A stretch of 64,000 nt of DNA, taken from the NCBI RefSeq assembly GCF_036321535.1, contig NC_087458.1, positions 7,626,001 through 7,690,000 on the forward strand, read 5' to 3'. The notes beneath the pieces were generated by a model. It had not been told where the DNA came from and searched no databases. It saw only the letters and a program-made list of their open reading frames with translations. The position numbers and the translations under genes were made by a program. This document shows positions 1-12,184 of this stretch, piece by piece. How positions within the stretch are numbered: the first letter of the stretch is position 1; every line of letters begins with the position of its first letter. This DNA is from Camelus dromedarius. Lineage: Eukaryota.

Positions 1-339
1 TAGCTAAGCAACACTCTCAGAGTTCCATTCCACCTTCTCTAACTGTAGTCATCTCACTGAAGAAATAAATTTATCTTCTTGGTTCTAAAACTTTATCCGC
101 ATTGCCTCTTACTCACAAGTTACCCCCACACCCTTAAGTCTACTCTGGTCTCCCCATCTGAGATCAGTCCCCCTTCCTTCTCTATTCCTAATTATATATG
201 ACTCCCCCTTCCCTCCTTCTGCCATCTCTTCCTTGGTTCCCGTCTCCAACCATGCTCTGGCCCACCTGCCTAGCTTTCTTCTTCCTTAGCTTCTCCTCTT
301 TAGACAAACTTCTTCCGAAGATCTATGACCTTCCCTTAC

Positions 340-3300
340 CTTTTTGTTAGTCTTAATAAGCTGGATAACTTCATAGTACACCTTTCTCCACAGCAGCTCC
401 TCAGCCTTCCTCCCATAGTCCACCGGGTGCAGGAACATAAGCTTGACGCAGAGCTCACGCAGCCTGGGAGGGTGCAGAGGAGCATGAGAGAGACTGCCCA
501 TCCCGTGGTGGGGGACAGAAGAACTGAAGGCAAGAAGGCATTTGCCAACACCCTGACTGACAAATCTCTGTGCTTCCCAATAGACATCCAAGGTCAGTTA
601 GTAGGACCCAAGACAACAGCAGTCTTCGAAGGCAGTGGGAGCCCCACAAGACAGAGAGAGGAAAAGTAAGAATTTTAATAATCTTCATTTTCTTCCCTTG
701 CACCTTTCTCTTCTTTTTACTCAGCCTTTTTATCTCCTCTTTCTTTCCTTCATTAGGCAGTATGGCCAACTCCCCCAACTCAAATGCCATTCTTATGGCA
801 CCAGTCTGTTAGAGGTAGATACTGCAGAGAGTGAGGGATCCCCATCTCCTCTCTCAGAAAGGCCCATTATTCACAGCCCACTACTGTACCATGAAGTTAG
901 GAGATAAGAGAGAACATGTGTCTACATGTGACAGGATTCAGGTGGAGAGGAACAGAGAAACCATAGGATGTGTAGTTTAGAGTCTCAGCTTACTTGTTCC
1001 TCAGGCTAATGTTCTCTGGTTTGAACACTTCTTGATAAGCGGTTTTGTTGCAAAGGATGAGATCAAGTCGATGCACAGCCTCCACCACAGCCCTGCAAGG
1101 AAATATAGGCAAACAGCCCCTGAGCCATCTGTATGGTCCAGCCACAATGCTAGGACACTGATCCTAGAAGAAAAGCTAAAGAATTAGGGGTGGGGAAACA
1201 AAAAGGCTGCAGGCTGAGCTCTGTACAAAACAAGATGAATAGTCTTCATCCTGATATAGCAGCTCCCTCAGGGGACACCTGGCAATGCTGGAGACATTTT
1301 TAATTGTCACAACCTGTGGGAGGGAAAGAAGAGGAGTTGCTATTGGCATTTAGTGTGTGCCGCTAGACACTGCACAATACATGGGACAGTCTATCACAAT
1401 AACTATCCTGCCCCAACTGTCAACAGTAGAGAAAACTGTCAAGGCAGAGAAACTCTGTGACACGGGAAGGTAGACTCTCTCAACGGAAAGAGCACAGGCT
1501 GTGATGCTAGGCAGAAAATTTAGGATTTGAACCTGGCTGTGTCTTACTAACTCTGTAACCTTGGGCGAATTACCTAACCTCTTTAAGCTTTAGTTACTAC
1601 ATCCATAAAAACAGAAATAATAGCAGCTACCTAAAAGGGCTGTTGCAAGGATTAAATGAAATAATTTACATAACATCACTGGTACATAGTAGGCAATCAT
1701 AAAGATTGGTGGAATGAATGAATGATTATTATACAAGGGCTTATTATCTCTGACATAAAGGAAAGGCATTCCTAGTAGAAAACTGTGCTTTGGAATAATG
1801 GGGCATGGGAAAGTGAGGGAGGGTTATCCCTGAACTGCTTAGTCATAAGGTCTCCTGGATTCTGCTGAAGGAACCATTTGTTTAATATAGAGTGTAGGCT
1901 CTGGAACCAGACTGCCTGGATTCAAATCCTAGCTCTACTTCTTACCAGCTATGTGGTCCTGGGCAATATCTAACTTCCTTATGTCTCGGTTCTCCCATCC
2001 ATAAAATGGGATTAATATTATCACCTACTTTGTGAGGGTTAAATTAGCTAATACAAAAAATACTCATATCAGTGCCTTGAACATGGTAAATGCTCAGTAA
2101 GTATTAGTCTTCATCCTGAGGAGGAGATTCCAGACTCTGAGGGAAGTCCAAGGAAACTCTACAATGGTTGGCTAGGAGGTCCTTAGGTAATTATCATCTT
2201 TGGAAGGGTGAAACCCCGAGGATGTTAGCAGCTGTGAGAACAGATCAGGCACAGCTCTGGACACAAAGTAACCAAAGAGTAGGGAGCGATGATTCCCCAA
2301 ACAATCTAAAACTGTTTCAGAACACTGAAACTTGCTCCTGGGCTGGAGAAAGTGGGCCACAGCAGGCGAGCATCCTGTGATGGCTCAGGTGGTACACCAC
2401 TAAAAGCTGCTCTGTACAGGACAAAGTGACTGCCAACACCAGCTGAGTGGGTGAGATGGTAATCAAGGCCTTCTCACAGGCAATCTTAAGAACTCAGCAT
2501 TTCTCCAAATACCTCCTGGGCTGCCTAGAGACAGGAGTCAAGCCTGTCAGCCAGCCTGGCCCTCAATGCCAGGGCAGCATCAGGAGGCCAGAAGTGATAT
2601 ACTCTACGCCAGCTTAGTCCCCAGGGAAGAGCTTTTAACTTCAGTGTCATGCACATATCTACGGGAAGGTGTGTATGTGTATGCATTTTTATGGACAGGC
2701 CTCAGAGCTCTCCTTAGATTCTCAATCCAAAAAATGTTAATAACCACTACTCTCAGTAGTTTTAACTGCAAATTCTTAAACCAGAGAGGACTCTGCACTT
2801 TCTTCTCCATTCCCCATTAGAACATAAATACCTCCACTAAACTGTAATCTCCTTTGGAACAAAAACTACAAAAACCAGTCTTGTGTCTCATTCACTACTG
2901 TTATCCCAGGTCTAGCAGTGTTAAAAAAGAAAATTATGTTTTTTAAAAAATAGTTGGGGGGTAGGCATAGCTCAGTGGTAGAGCACATGCTTAGCATGCA
3001 CAAGGTTCCTGGGTTCAATCCCCAGTACCTCCATTAACAAAAACAAAAACAAATTTTTAAATTAAAATTGGCATAATTAATTGGTGCTTGTGTCCTAGCA
3101 CCCTCTTTTCCAGCTGTCTTTTCTGAAGGGCTTAAAACATTTCAGTATTTCATTTCTGTAAACAGATTGTGGGAACGTCCCAAATTTACTGAAGCTTGGA
3201 GTGACAGTTTCATAGTCTAACAATACAATTATCTTGGGCTGAGAAATCAGACCTTCCTCCCCCAGTTCTTTCCACCAATCACCATTGCTATAATAAATAA

Positions 3301-4870
3301 TAAAAAGAGATCTGCTGCCTCAAATTTCCACTCTGCTCAAAGCCAACAATACACAACTACAGGCAGAGACACCCATGTGCACCCATGTAAGCCACACACA
3401 CAAACACGTCAGCGTAAGTCAGTCAGTCCTGTGAGGGCAGTAGCCTGAGAAAGAACAGGATTTGAGAATGATTAGAAGGATGACCAGAGCCATTACCAAA
3501 AGCTGGAGACAAGTAAGGAATCTTGCAGACACTGCCCACGCTCTGTCTGACAGGCAGCGCTGACACTCAGCAGCTTGAAGAGGCACACGTGCCACCCCAG
3601 CCAACTCCTCAGCACCTGGAGACCGCTCCGGGCAGCCCACAGTAGGAGCCCAGGGGCTGGTGGATTGGATCACTTTTCTATTTTTGGAGCAGCCTGTACT
3701 CCCCTCTGCCTTCTGGCTTAGGGACCCAGAGCAGGCAGGATATCTACTCAAGAGAGGAAAAGACAACACGCTCTTGACTCTTTCACTGCCAAGATGGGGT
3801 CCATGGCTCTGAAGGAGGTCTTCTCATGCACACCTCTGTTCTACAGAGCCTGAGCCAAATGAACCCCCAAACCTACTCCCCATTAGAAAGAAGAAAACTC
3901 AACTTGGTCTCTACGCTTCATCCTATTTTAGTTCAAGAGCCCATGTTCCAGTTGCCCCCCCCCCCCCACAAAAAAATCCTTGATCCAGGATGGGAAGAGC
4001 TCAAAATGGCCTGTTCCCAACAGAGGGCTGAAAGGCTGAAGATGTTGAGGAGTGTGAGTGGCACTGTGGAAATCAGAAACCAGGAATGGAAGCTGCCTGG
4101 CAAGAGACTGTAGTCATGAGGCTGCAAGGCAAGCAGGACTCAGGAGTCCCCAGGTGCCCTGAAATGGGCTCCTAAGACCTAAGAACACTCTGGATTCAAA
4201 GTCCTTCACTGCCCTTCCAGTCTAACACAAATAGTCTTCCAGCCTCTTTCTTTTCATTCAGATTCCCAAAAACTAGACCCATAAGGGACTTCAAAGCGTA
4301 TCAAATCCAAATCTCTCCTTTTAAGGATGAGAAAACTGAGGTCCAAGGTCACACTGAGAGAATGGCAAAGCAAGGACATGAATCAGGCTCTCTTGATTTC
4401 AGTCCAGGGCTCTTCCCTGTAAATCCTACAGGGTTCTAAGCAGCATTCCCTTCCGGGTTTTTCTCCTATCTGTGACCCCACTCTCACCTTCCCAATCCCT
4501 GCAGTCCCCAATTTCCACCTTCTTACCCCAAATCCGCAAAGCACGGTGCCCGCCCCAAGCTCACTGCGGAAGGGAATAGTCCACGTGCTTCCCTCCAAAC
4601 CTCCCACCCACCCAATTCCTTCTTTCAGCTCCATCCCGGGTTACCGGGCCCCGCCCCCCCGCTCCCTCCAAAATTGCACCCTTCTCGCTCGCCTGCACCC
4701 CAGTCCACAGCGGGCCCCGCCCGCCGGGGAGGCCCCGCCCCTCACTGTCCCCCCCACTTCCCTCGGCGACTGCACTCACGCCCCGGCCCCTCTCACCGGT
4801 AAAGCCGCTTAGTGTGGAGGACCTTTGCTTCGGGCTCGCTGCTTTCCCCTGTGGGGGGGCCTTGGCTCAT
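340..4870 (-). CDS. SMG5: SMG5 nonsense-mediated decay factor, 5' part: coding exons 4797-4870 (74 nt, ATG at 4870), 994-1092 (99 nt), 340-463 (124 nt); gene continues off the left edge
   Basis: Spliced translation MSQGPPTGESSEPEAKVLHTKRLYR-AVVEAVHRLDLILCNKTAYQEVFKPENISLRNK-LRELCVKLMFLHPVDYGRKAEELLWRKVYYEVIQLIKTNKK matches the SMG5 N-terminus. GT/AG sites at every boundary and phases are consistent. Confidence 0.97.
1265..1437. mobile_element. MER20-like hAT DNA transposon fragment
   Basis: GGGGACACCTGGCAATGCTGGAGACATTTTTAATTGTCACAAC...GCTATTGGCATTTAGTG...CCTGCCCCAACTGTCAACAGT. Confidence 0.6.
1490..2110 (+). mobile_element. Two MIR SINE fragments (about 1490-1710 and 1890-2110)
   Basis: MIR core: GGATTCAAATCCTAGCTCTACTTCTTACCAGCTATGTGGTCCTGGGCAA...CATAAAATGGGATTAAT. 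Further MIR fragments occur near 9850, 18200, 23450, 33180, 42900, 45450, 45920, 47700, 52800 and 55350. Confidence 0.65.
2956..3050 (+). mobile_element. tRNA-Ala(AGC)-derived SINE (camelid Vic-1 type)
   Basis: GGGGGTAGGCATAGCTCAGTGGTAGAGCACATGCTTAGCATGCACAAGGTTCCTGGGTTCAATCCCCAGTACCTCCA followed by an A-rich tail; A and B boxes visible. Confidence 0.85.
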
Positions 4871-5200
4871 GGTGCCCGGGTCCCGGGGCGGCTCCGGGTC
4901 ACAGGCCCCCGCCACCCGCCGCTACTGCCACCACTGCCGTCTCCGGCCGTAGCCGCCGCAGCCGCCACCGCCGCCGGCCCTGCTCGGCCGCCATCGCTGT
5001 GAGGCGGCTGCCCGAGACAGCTCCTCCTCCGCCTGCCAAATCTCGCGATAGCAGTCGCACAGTTGCGGGCCAGTGGCCTGCTGCTACCAGATCTCGCGAA
5101 ACTCGTTTTCCCTCCCCGGAAGTTGCCAGAACTAACTCTGGGCGGCATGGCCTCTTTCCGGCTTCTGCAAGCTCTTGCGAAAAACTTTATTGACAAAGCT
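4700..5200. promoter_or_regulatory. CpG-island promoter of SMG5, head-to-head with TMEM79
   Basis: CpG-rich. TCTCGCGA (BANP/ZBTB33-type) at 5041-5048 and 5092-5099, ETS CCGGAAGT at 5116-5123, GC boxes near 4710-4740. Confidence 0.8.
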
Positions 5201-7363
5201 GCTAAAGAACGAACAGTGGACTGTGAAGGGGGTTGAGGCTAAGCTGGATCGGTGCAGACGGGCTCACAGCTAGGAGCATGACTTTGCTTTGTCCAGCAGT
5301 GGTCATTTGGTCCATCTTTCCGTCCCCCCCCTTTTGAGCCTTGTCTCTCTCAGATGACTGGTTATAGTGATTCCAATTCTCCCTTTCCCCAATTATTTAA
5401 ATAAACAAGCAAAAAACGCGTATGTGAAAATTTTCTTGGAAAGGGCAGAGAATAATATATGAGTAGGGCCCTCCAAGACAGGCTCTTGTACAAGCACCTC
5501 TGCCCCAAGCTCTCCTACCCCAGCCCAAAGACTTCCACTTGGATATTCATCTCTCACCAGTCTAGCAAACATTTATTGAACACCTCCTGTCTTCCAGCCA
5601 CAATCCTGGGTTCTGGAGACAGAGATTAGCAATCCAGACACTGTCTCTCCCCTCATAAAGCTCAAATGACTTCAGGGAAGAAGATCTACAGGAATGAGAA
5701 GCTACACCCTTATGTTTCTGCCCCTAGTCCTCCCACAGAAAAGATCACCTTGGGTTCCTATTGCTTTCTTACTCTTAAACCTAACCTAAAAAACAAGGTG
5801 TTTGGGGGGCCTGTGTACACACTATAATGGGAACGTAAAATCCCTTTCCAGCCACTAACCTTCTTTCTGTTTCTGAAACAACCTGTCTTTCCCACTCATT
5901 GGCCTTTCACTTGCTATTCCTCTGCCTGGAACAGTCATTCTCCTAATTTCCCATCAAGTTTGGCAAAGAGGTTTTCCCTACTGAAATTGTCCTGTTGGTT
6001 AGTTGCTAGGCTTCTTTATTATGTTACCCCAGTAGAACAAGCTCCTGAAATGCAAAGACTTCGCCTGTCATCTTGTCCTTTACTGTGACTGTGCCTAGAT
6101 TAGTGTCTAGCTAATAATAGGTGCTCAATAAATATTGAATGAGTAAGTGAATTCCACCTCTTTGGGGGTATCCCAGCCTGCTCCAAGCACCCTCTGATGC
6201 ACAAACCCACTCTTCCCCCACTCTGGTCTCCTGTGCTGGGAGTTCCTACACATCCCATGTTCCTAGAACACACACCTCTATGCCCAGCTGCACCAGCCCC
6301 TAACCAACTTTCAGAAAGGACGACGTCCTCCTCTGCTTTTTCTGTCGGCAGATTCAGCAGGGCGGGGCCTGCCCCTTTAATCTGGGCCCCACCTGCTCTG
6401 GTCAGACAGGTTTGGAGACACAGGTAAAGGGAGGGAGACCGAGAGGAATACTTGCAGAGCCAGCAGGAAGCCAGGCAGCTCCTTCCCGTGTGCCGGGGAA
6501 CCTCTGCCTCTCTCCAGATGGAAAGTAAGAGGGTGTCATGGATCCAAACAGTAAGGGGTAGGAGGTCCTTGAGGAGGTAGAGGGAGGGGAATCAGCCCCA
6601 TCCAGAAGCAGTGAGGTGGAGGGCGGCAGGGAGGGGAGAAAGACAGGAGAGGAGGCATGGGAAACAGCCATGATTTAACCTAGAGGTTAGAATGGACAGA
6701 CCCAGACTCTCCGGAGATGGAGGAGGTGGGTTAGTGAGAAGTCTGGAAACTGACCAAGTACCCAGACTGGAGATGAAAGAACAGGGTGTGCTGCCACTGC
6801 CAGCTCTTTGGGATAGATTTGTTGGCAAATCAATGGTGGTATCAATTGCCAGGGGAGTTCTAACTGGGGATTTGTGGGGAGAAGGGGAGATTTGGAGGTG
6901 AAAGGGTAGCTTCTCTGGCCACAAGAAGATCCTTAGTGGGAAGAAAGCCCTTGGCAAAGTTCTAGACACCTTTTTTTCCCATTCCTGTATTAGGGTGGCC
7001 ATGACCCCAGAGGTTTTGGTGGAGGTGGGTAGAAGGCATAGGTGGAGGCTGGCTGAGGCCACAGCTGCCAGAGCCTGTGCCCCCAACTCACCCTCTGCTG
7101 CTGAATAGTATTCAATGTCGAAACGGTGCCTCCGTTTCAGCTGCTCACTTCCCTCTTGCCTCCCTCTGTTTCAACACCTTCCCTTGGACTATGTTCTCCT
7201 TAATGACCCAGAAGGGGCTAAAGCCCATGAGGCCAGCTGTCCTGGAGAGTTCCAATTCTATCAACCCATCCTGAGGGCCAGAGGACAGCAGCATCTGATA
7301 GAGCTTTCCTCTGCTCCCTTCAGGGTGACACGACCTTGCAGTAGACCCCCAAAGTGCCCCAGG

Positions 7364-10300
7364 ATGACAGAACCGGAGACCCTGGCCCTGATGGAAGTGA
7401 AGGGGCCTGAGGCTTTGGAGAAGAGCCCACCCCAGGCCTTGGTCCCTAATGGCCAGAAGCCAGAAGGAGAAGGTGGGGCTGAGTCTCTCGGAGCTGAGTC
7501 CTCCAAAGTAGGGTCCTCAGCTGGGTCTCCCACAGCTGGAGAGGGGACCGAGGATGGTCTAGACAGCACAGTAAGTGAGGCTGCCACCTTGCCCTGGGGG
7601 ACTGGCCCCCAGCCCAGTGCCCCATTCCCAGATCCCCCCGGCTGGAAGGACATTGAGCCTGAGCCCCTGGAGTCACAGCCACCCACCAAGCTAGAGGAGT
7701 TGCCTGAAGATGACGCCAGCCTGCTGCCTGAGAAGGCGACCCGGGCCTTCGTGCCCATCGACCTACAGTGCATTGAGCGGCGGCCGCAGGAGGACCTTGT
7801 TGTGTTCTGTGAGGCGAGCGAGGGCGAGCGCCGCCGGGCCTTCCTGTCCCCCCGGGCCACCCACCCTGCGCCCCCAGAGTGCAAGTGGGCCGAGGCAGTG
7901 GTGAGGCCGCCTGGCCGCTCCTGTGGGGGCTGCAGGGGCTGTGGAGGCCGTGAGGGGCTGAGGGCCGTGGCCTCAGTGGGAGCCGCCCTCGTTCTCTTCC
8001 CCTGCCTGCTGTACGGGGCGTATGCCTTCCTGCCCTTCGATGCCCCACGCCTGCCCACCATGAGTTCCCGCCTCATCTACACGCTGCGCTGCGGGGTCTT
8101 TGCCACCTTCCCCATTGTGCTGGGTGAGCCTGGGCCCTGTGAGATGGGAGGGCGCATCTGGGAGCTGGGCTGGAGGGCAGGGCCCGCCTGGCTTGGGGAA
8201 CAGGAGCTTCCCTTCACTAGACCTGGACCCTCAGGGACTCCAGGTGACCCTGTCACCCTGTGTGCCCGCCTCCTCCCAGGACCACCTCAGCCCCACGGCG
8301 TCGAGCCCATGCTCCACTACAAACCCTGTCCCCGCTTCCTGCCTGCCACCCCTCTCCTGATCCTCTGTGCTCTCCAACCCCACCCAGGGATCCTGGTGCA
8401 CGGGCTGAGCCTGCTGTGTTTTTCTGCCTTACGGCCCTTTGGGGAGCCACGGCGGGAGGTGGAGCTCCACCGGCGATATGTGGCCCAGTCAGTCCAGCTC
8501 TTCATCCTCTACTTCTTTAACCTGGCTGTGCTTTCCACCTACCTGCCCCAAGACACCCTCAAACTGCTCCCTCTGCTCACTGGTCTCTTTGCCATCTCCC
8601 GGTGAGTTGGGGATGGGGGTGGGGCACAGGGGAGGTGGTGGTGCTAGAGGGACCCGGACATCAGAATGTCTGGAGAGCCCGGGACAGGGAGCTTTCTGGA
8701 TTCTGCATCAGCCCAAATGAGCCCTGGAAATATAAGTCCACTTTCTCCATTGTACCTTACCTCACCTAGCAGCGGGTGATCAGCTCATATGTCTTTCATA
8801 TAACACATGCAAACCTAGAACAGGAAGGGCTTTCAGGTGTCTCCTAGACCAACGTCCCACCCATTGCAGCACTCCTCAGTGGCACTCCGGTCTGGTGGCT
8901 GTTGGCCTCTAGTTGAGCACCCTCTGTGACCAACTGCTTAGTTCTTTACAAGGCAATCTGTTTCATTTTTCAAAAATCCTAATTATTAGAAGGTTCTTCT
9001 TTACGTTGTGCTAAAAACTGCTGCCCTGATTCTGACCTCTGAAAGTGCCTAGACAAATTCAGATATTTGATTGACAACAGTTCTCAATTCCCTGACTCCA
9101 GCACTCTGCTCCCTCAGTGTTTACTTTTCTAAGTAGCTCTGGTCCCTTCACTGTCCTGGGTCCTCCTGTCTGGGCAGGAAATTGTCCTGCTTGTCAATTG
9201 TGGGGGTGGAGGGGGGGCTGTTCAAGAGTATTGTCCTGTTCATACAAACCAAGGCCATGTTAAGCCTCACAGCAGCCTTATTACTCTCCTTCCATTTAGA
9301 ATTTGTCATCACATGAAATCCTTAGAGGTATTTTCATGTGAACTACTGTTAACCCACAAGGCACCTTTGAATTTCTGAAGCCCAATGCAAGTCTTTCCAT
9401 TTTTTTCTCCTAATACATTTCCTTTTGTTACTTTCCATATAGATTAGCAGGTAGCTTTTACTGCTAAAACATTCTTCCTATTGAGCTAAAATCTGTCTTC
9501 CTGACACTTCTGAGTGTAGTCTGGTGGTCATCTCTCCCACCAGCCTCCTGACCATCATACCGCCCTGCATGTTCTCCCGATAGATGTTTCCAAAGATAAA
9601 TATGTTCCTGCTCATGTAACTCAACCTCACATCTCCCTCTGACGGTCTCAGATAGAAGTTGGCTTAAGCAGTAAGAATCATCAGGGAGCTAAAAGAAGAC
9701 TCAGCAACTGTCTGGTCCATTCATCCATTTTACAGAGAGGAAGTCACTACAGACTGGGGAGAAGAGTTGCATAGTTCAGTCAGCAGCAGTGGCAGAACTA
9801 GAACCCATGTCCCTTCCCTCTCTCATCCAGGGTCCTTTCTTCTCTACCTTGGGCAAGTTACTTAAGCTTTTGTGCCTCAGTTTCATTATCTATAAAATGG
9901 AGTTATTGTGAAGATTAAATGAGTTAATTCATGTAGAGTGCTTACAATAGTCTGGTACTTGGTAAGGGTTCACTGAATATGAACTTTTATTACCATTATG
10001 CCAAACTACTTCCTAGTACAGTAGAGAGGCTGCAGTTACTCTAACCTCTGTTTCACAGGTGAAAAAAAAAAGGTACGTCAATTTTGTAATAAGTGGTCCT
10101 TCATATATTAAGAGGAAGCTGCTGCCCTCCCCCCAATGAAGGGATGTGTATTCTGAGTGGATCTTCCAAGAAAGGAAATTTGGTTGTGCCTGATCCATCT
10201 TTCTGGGCTTCAGGCTCTCTTGAAGCTTGCTTCCATCCTCTCTTCTTTCCCTCAGCTTGTCTAAAATCGCAGGAGAGGAGGGTGATGAACAGGCAGGGGT

Positions 10301-11259
10301 TCAAATCACAGTTTTACTATTTCCCCAATGTGCGACTTTGGACCAGTCCTACTTAACCCCTTTGGAATCTTAGTTTCATCTGCAAAAGGGGAAATAAATA
10401 CAATGGAATACACTGCAGCTGTAAAAGTATGAAAAAGCTGTTTCTATACTGATACAACATTATCTCCAACATACAGTAAATGGGAAAAAAATCAATGTGT
10501 AGAACAGTCTTTATATATAGTATGCTACCAAATTTCAAAAAAGGGGTAAAGAGAAAACAAACATTTTTTGTTCATATATACATAAAGCATCATGATGCAC
10601 AAGAAGCCACAACATTGGATGTCTGGGATGGGAGTGGAATCGAGGTGGGGAAGTGAGGGAAGAGGATGGGGCAGCTGGGAATCAATAAAGGGAGGAAGAC
10701 ATTTTACTATACTCACTGGAAACTTTGAATTTTGAACCATGTGAACTTACATTGCCTATTCAAATATTTTAAATTAAAATTTGAAAAGTGAAAAAAAAAA
10801 AGAGGGAAGTGAATAATATATTCACTTCTGAGATATGGGGGTCTAAATTAAATAGTGCCCCCAAAGTAGTCAGCACTGTGCCTGGCACATAATAAGTACA
10901 CAAACACTGGCTGTTTTCAGAAGCATCAGTCATGCCCACCAACCCCTATCTGCTCCCTCACTTTCTACTCCCCCCATCCTCAGCCTGTTGCCAGTTAGCA
11001 GACCCACTTCCCTCAAGGAAAGCCCGATCTTTTCTTGCCTCCCAGGCTTATATACTGGCTGACCCTCGCCGTGGGCCGTTCCTTCCGAGGCTTTGGCTAC
11101 GGCCTGACGTTCCTGCCCCTGCTGTCCATGCTGGTGTGGAACCTTTACTACATGTTCCTGGTGGAGCCCGAACGCATGCTCACCGCCTCCGAGAGCCGCC
11201 TTGACTACCCCGACCACGCCCGCTCGGCCTCGGATCACAGGCCCCGCCCCTGGGGCTGA
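7364..11259 (+). CDS. TMEM79: Transmembrane protein 79 (mattrin): coding exons 7364-8123, 8388-8601, 11046-11259; 395 aa
   Basis: [30 protein letters not shown]...[26 protein letters not shown] / [11 protein letters not shown]...GLFAISR / [19 protein letters not shown]...RPRPWG*. Lengths 760+214+214 = 1188 nt; canonical splice sites. Confidence 0.97.
10420..10790 (+). mobile_element. Old L1 (L1M) 3' end
   Basis: L1M 3'UTR-type text ending GAATTTTGAACCATGTGAACTTACATTGCCTATTCAAA plus an A-rich tail. Confidence 0.55.
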
Positions 11260-12178
11260 GCGGCTCCGCCCCCTTGCCCCCAGCCCAGGTACCTGGGTGG
11301 GATGAACCCAGCGACTGCCCCGACAGGGTTCCCATCCAATTAGAGCCTGGACTGTCCCCGGCTCTCCCCCAAGTTGGGGTGCTGCCTTTCACCTTTGGAG
11401 CCTGGGACAGTTATGAGGGAGGGACTTAAGACATTCTTGTAGGGAAAGAGGCTGACAGCCATGTTCCTTAAGGATGCTGAGGGCGCAGGGCCAGGAACAG
11501 GAGCAGAGGCATGGTTCCTTCCTGAGCAGCCTCTCACCACTGCCGCTAGGCCCCATCACTGCTGGACTCTGTTTCACTCTCCAGCTTCCTGTGAGGCAGT
11601 CGGCAGAGCCACAGCCAAAACTCGGACCATTTCTGTGCCAGTTGTCTAAGCAGAGGGCCTCAATGGAACTAGAAATTTTGCCCATGCCTAAAGGTAAAGA
11701 CTGCCATCAGATCAAATAGGACTTTCACGGCTGGTGGAAATCTTCCAGGGGGCCTGGGTTCAGGACCCTCCATGACTGGCCTCTTAGGCCCTTTAGCCTC
11801 AATCAAGAGGATTACAGCTGCCCCAGTCCACAATGGCTGCTTCCTCCCTTCCTACCCTTTATGTCCCTATAACCTCCCCCCTCCAAACTGCCCAGAAGTC
11901 ATGCCTCTCCCATGGGAAGACGAGCGGACAGGGNNNNNNNNNNNNNNNNNNNNNNNNNNNNNNNNNNNNNNNNNNNNNNNNNNNNNNNNNNNNNNNNNNN
12001 NNNNNNNNNNNNNNNNNNNNNNNNNNNNNNNNNNNNNNNNNNNNNNNNNNNNNNNNNNNNNNNNNNNNNNNNNNNNNNNNNNNNNNNNNNNNNNNNNNNN
12101 NNNNNNNNNNNNNNNNNNNNNGGGAATGGATGGAAGGCACAGTGGCTGATATGAAGCCTGTGTGAATGTGTGTGTAAC

Positions 12179-12184
12179 AATAAA
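12179..12184 (+). terminator. Probable TMEM79 poly(A) signal AATAAA
   Basis: First visible AATAAA after the stop (about 920 nt), followed by a T/GT-rich tract. An earlier signal could be hidden in the N gap 11934-12121. Confidence 0.6.

Noticed and set aside
2956-3033. Apparent tRNA-Ala gene
   Set aside because: It has a 5' extension, an extra base in the variable/T-arm region, an A-rich tail instead of a T-run terminator, and three similar dispersed copies, so it is a SINE.
7115-7363. 83-aa N-terminal extension of TMEM79 in the ORF track
   Set aside because: Most of it lies upstream of a good acceptor (CCCTTCAG| at 7323) and is intronic. The known protein starts MTEPETL.
7261-8076. 271-aa and 200-aa antisense ORFs over TMEM79 exon 2
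   Set aside because: Shadow ORFs of a GC-rich coding exon; no recognisable protein.
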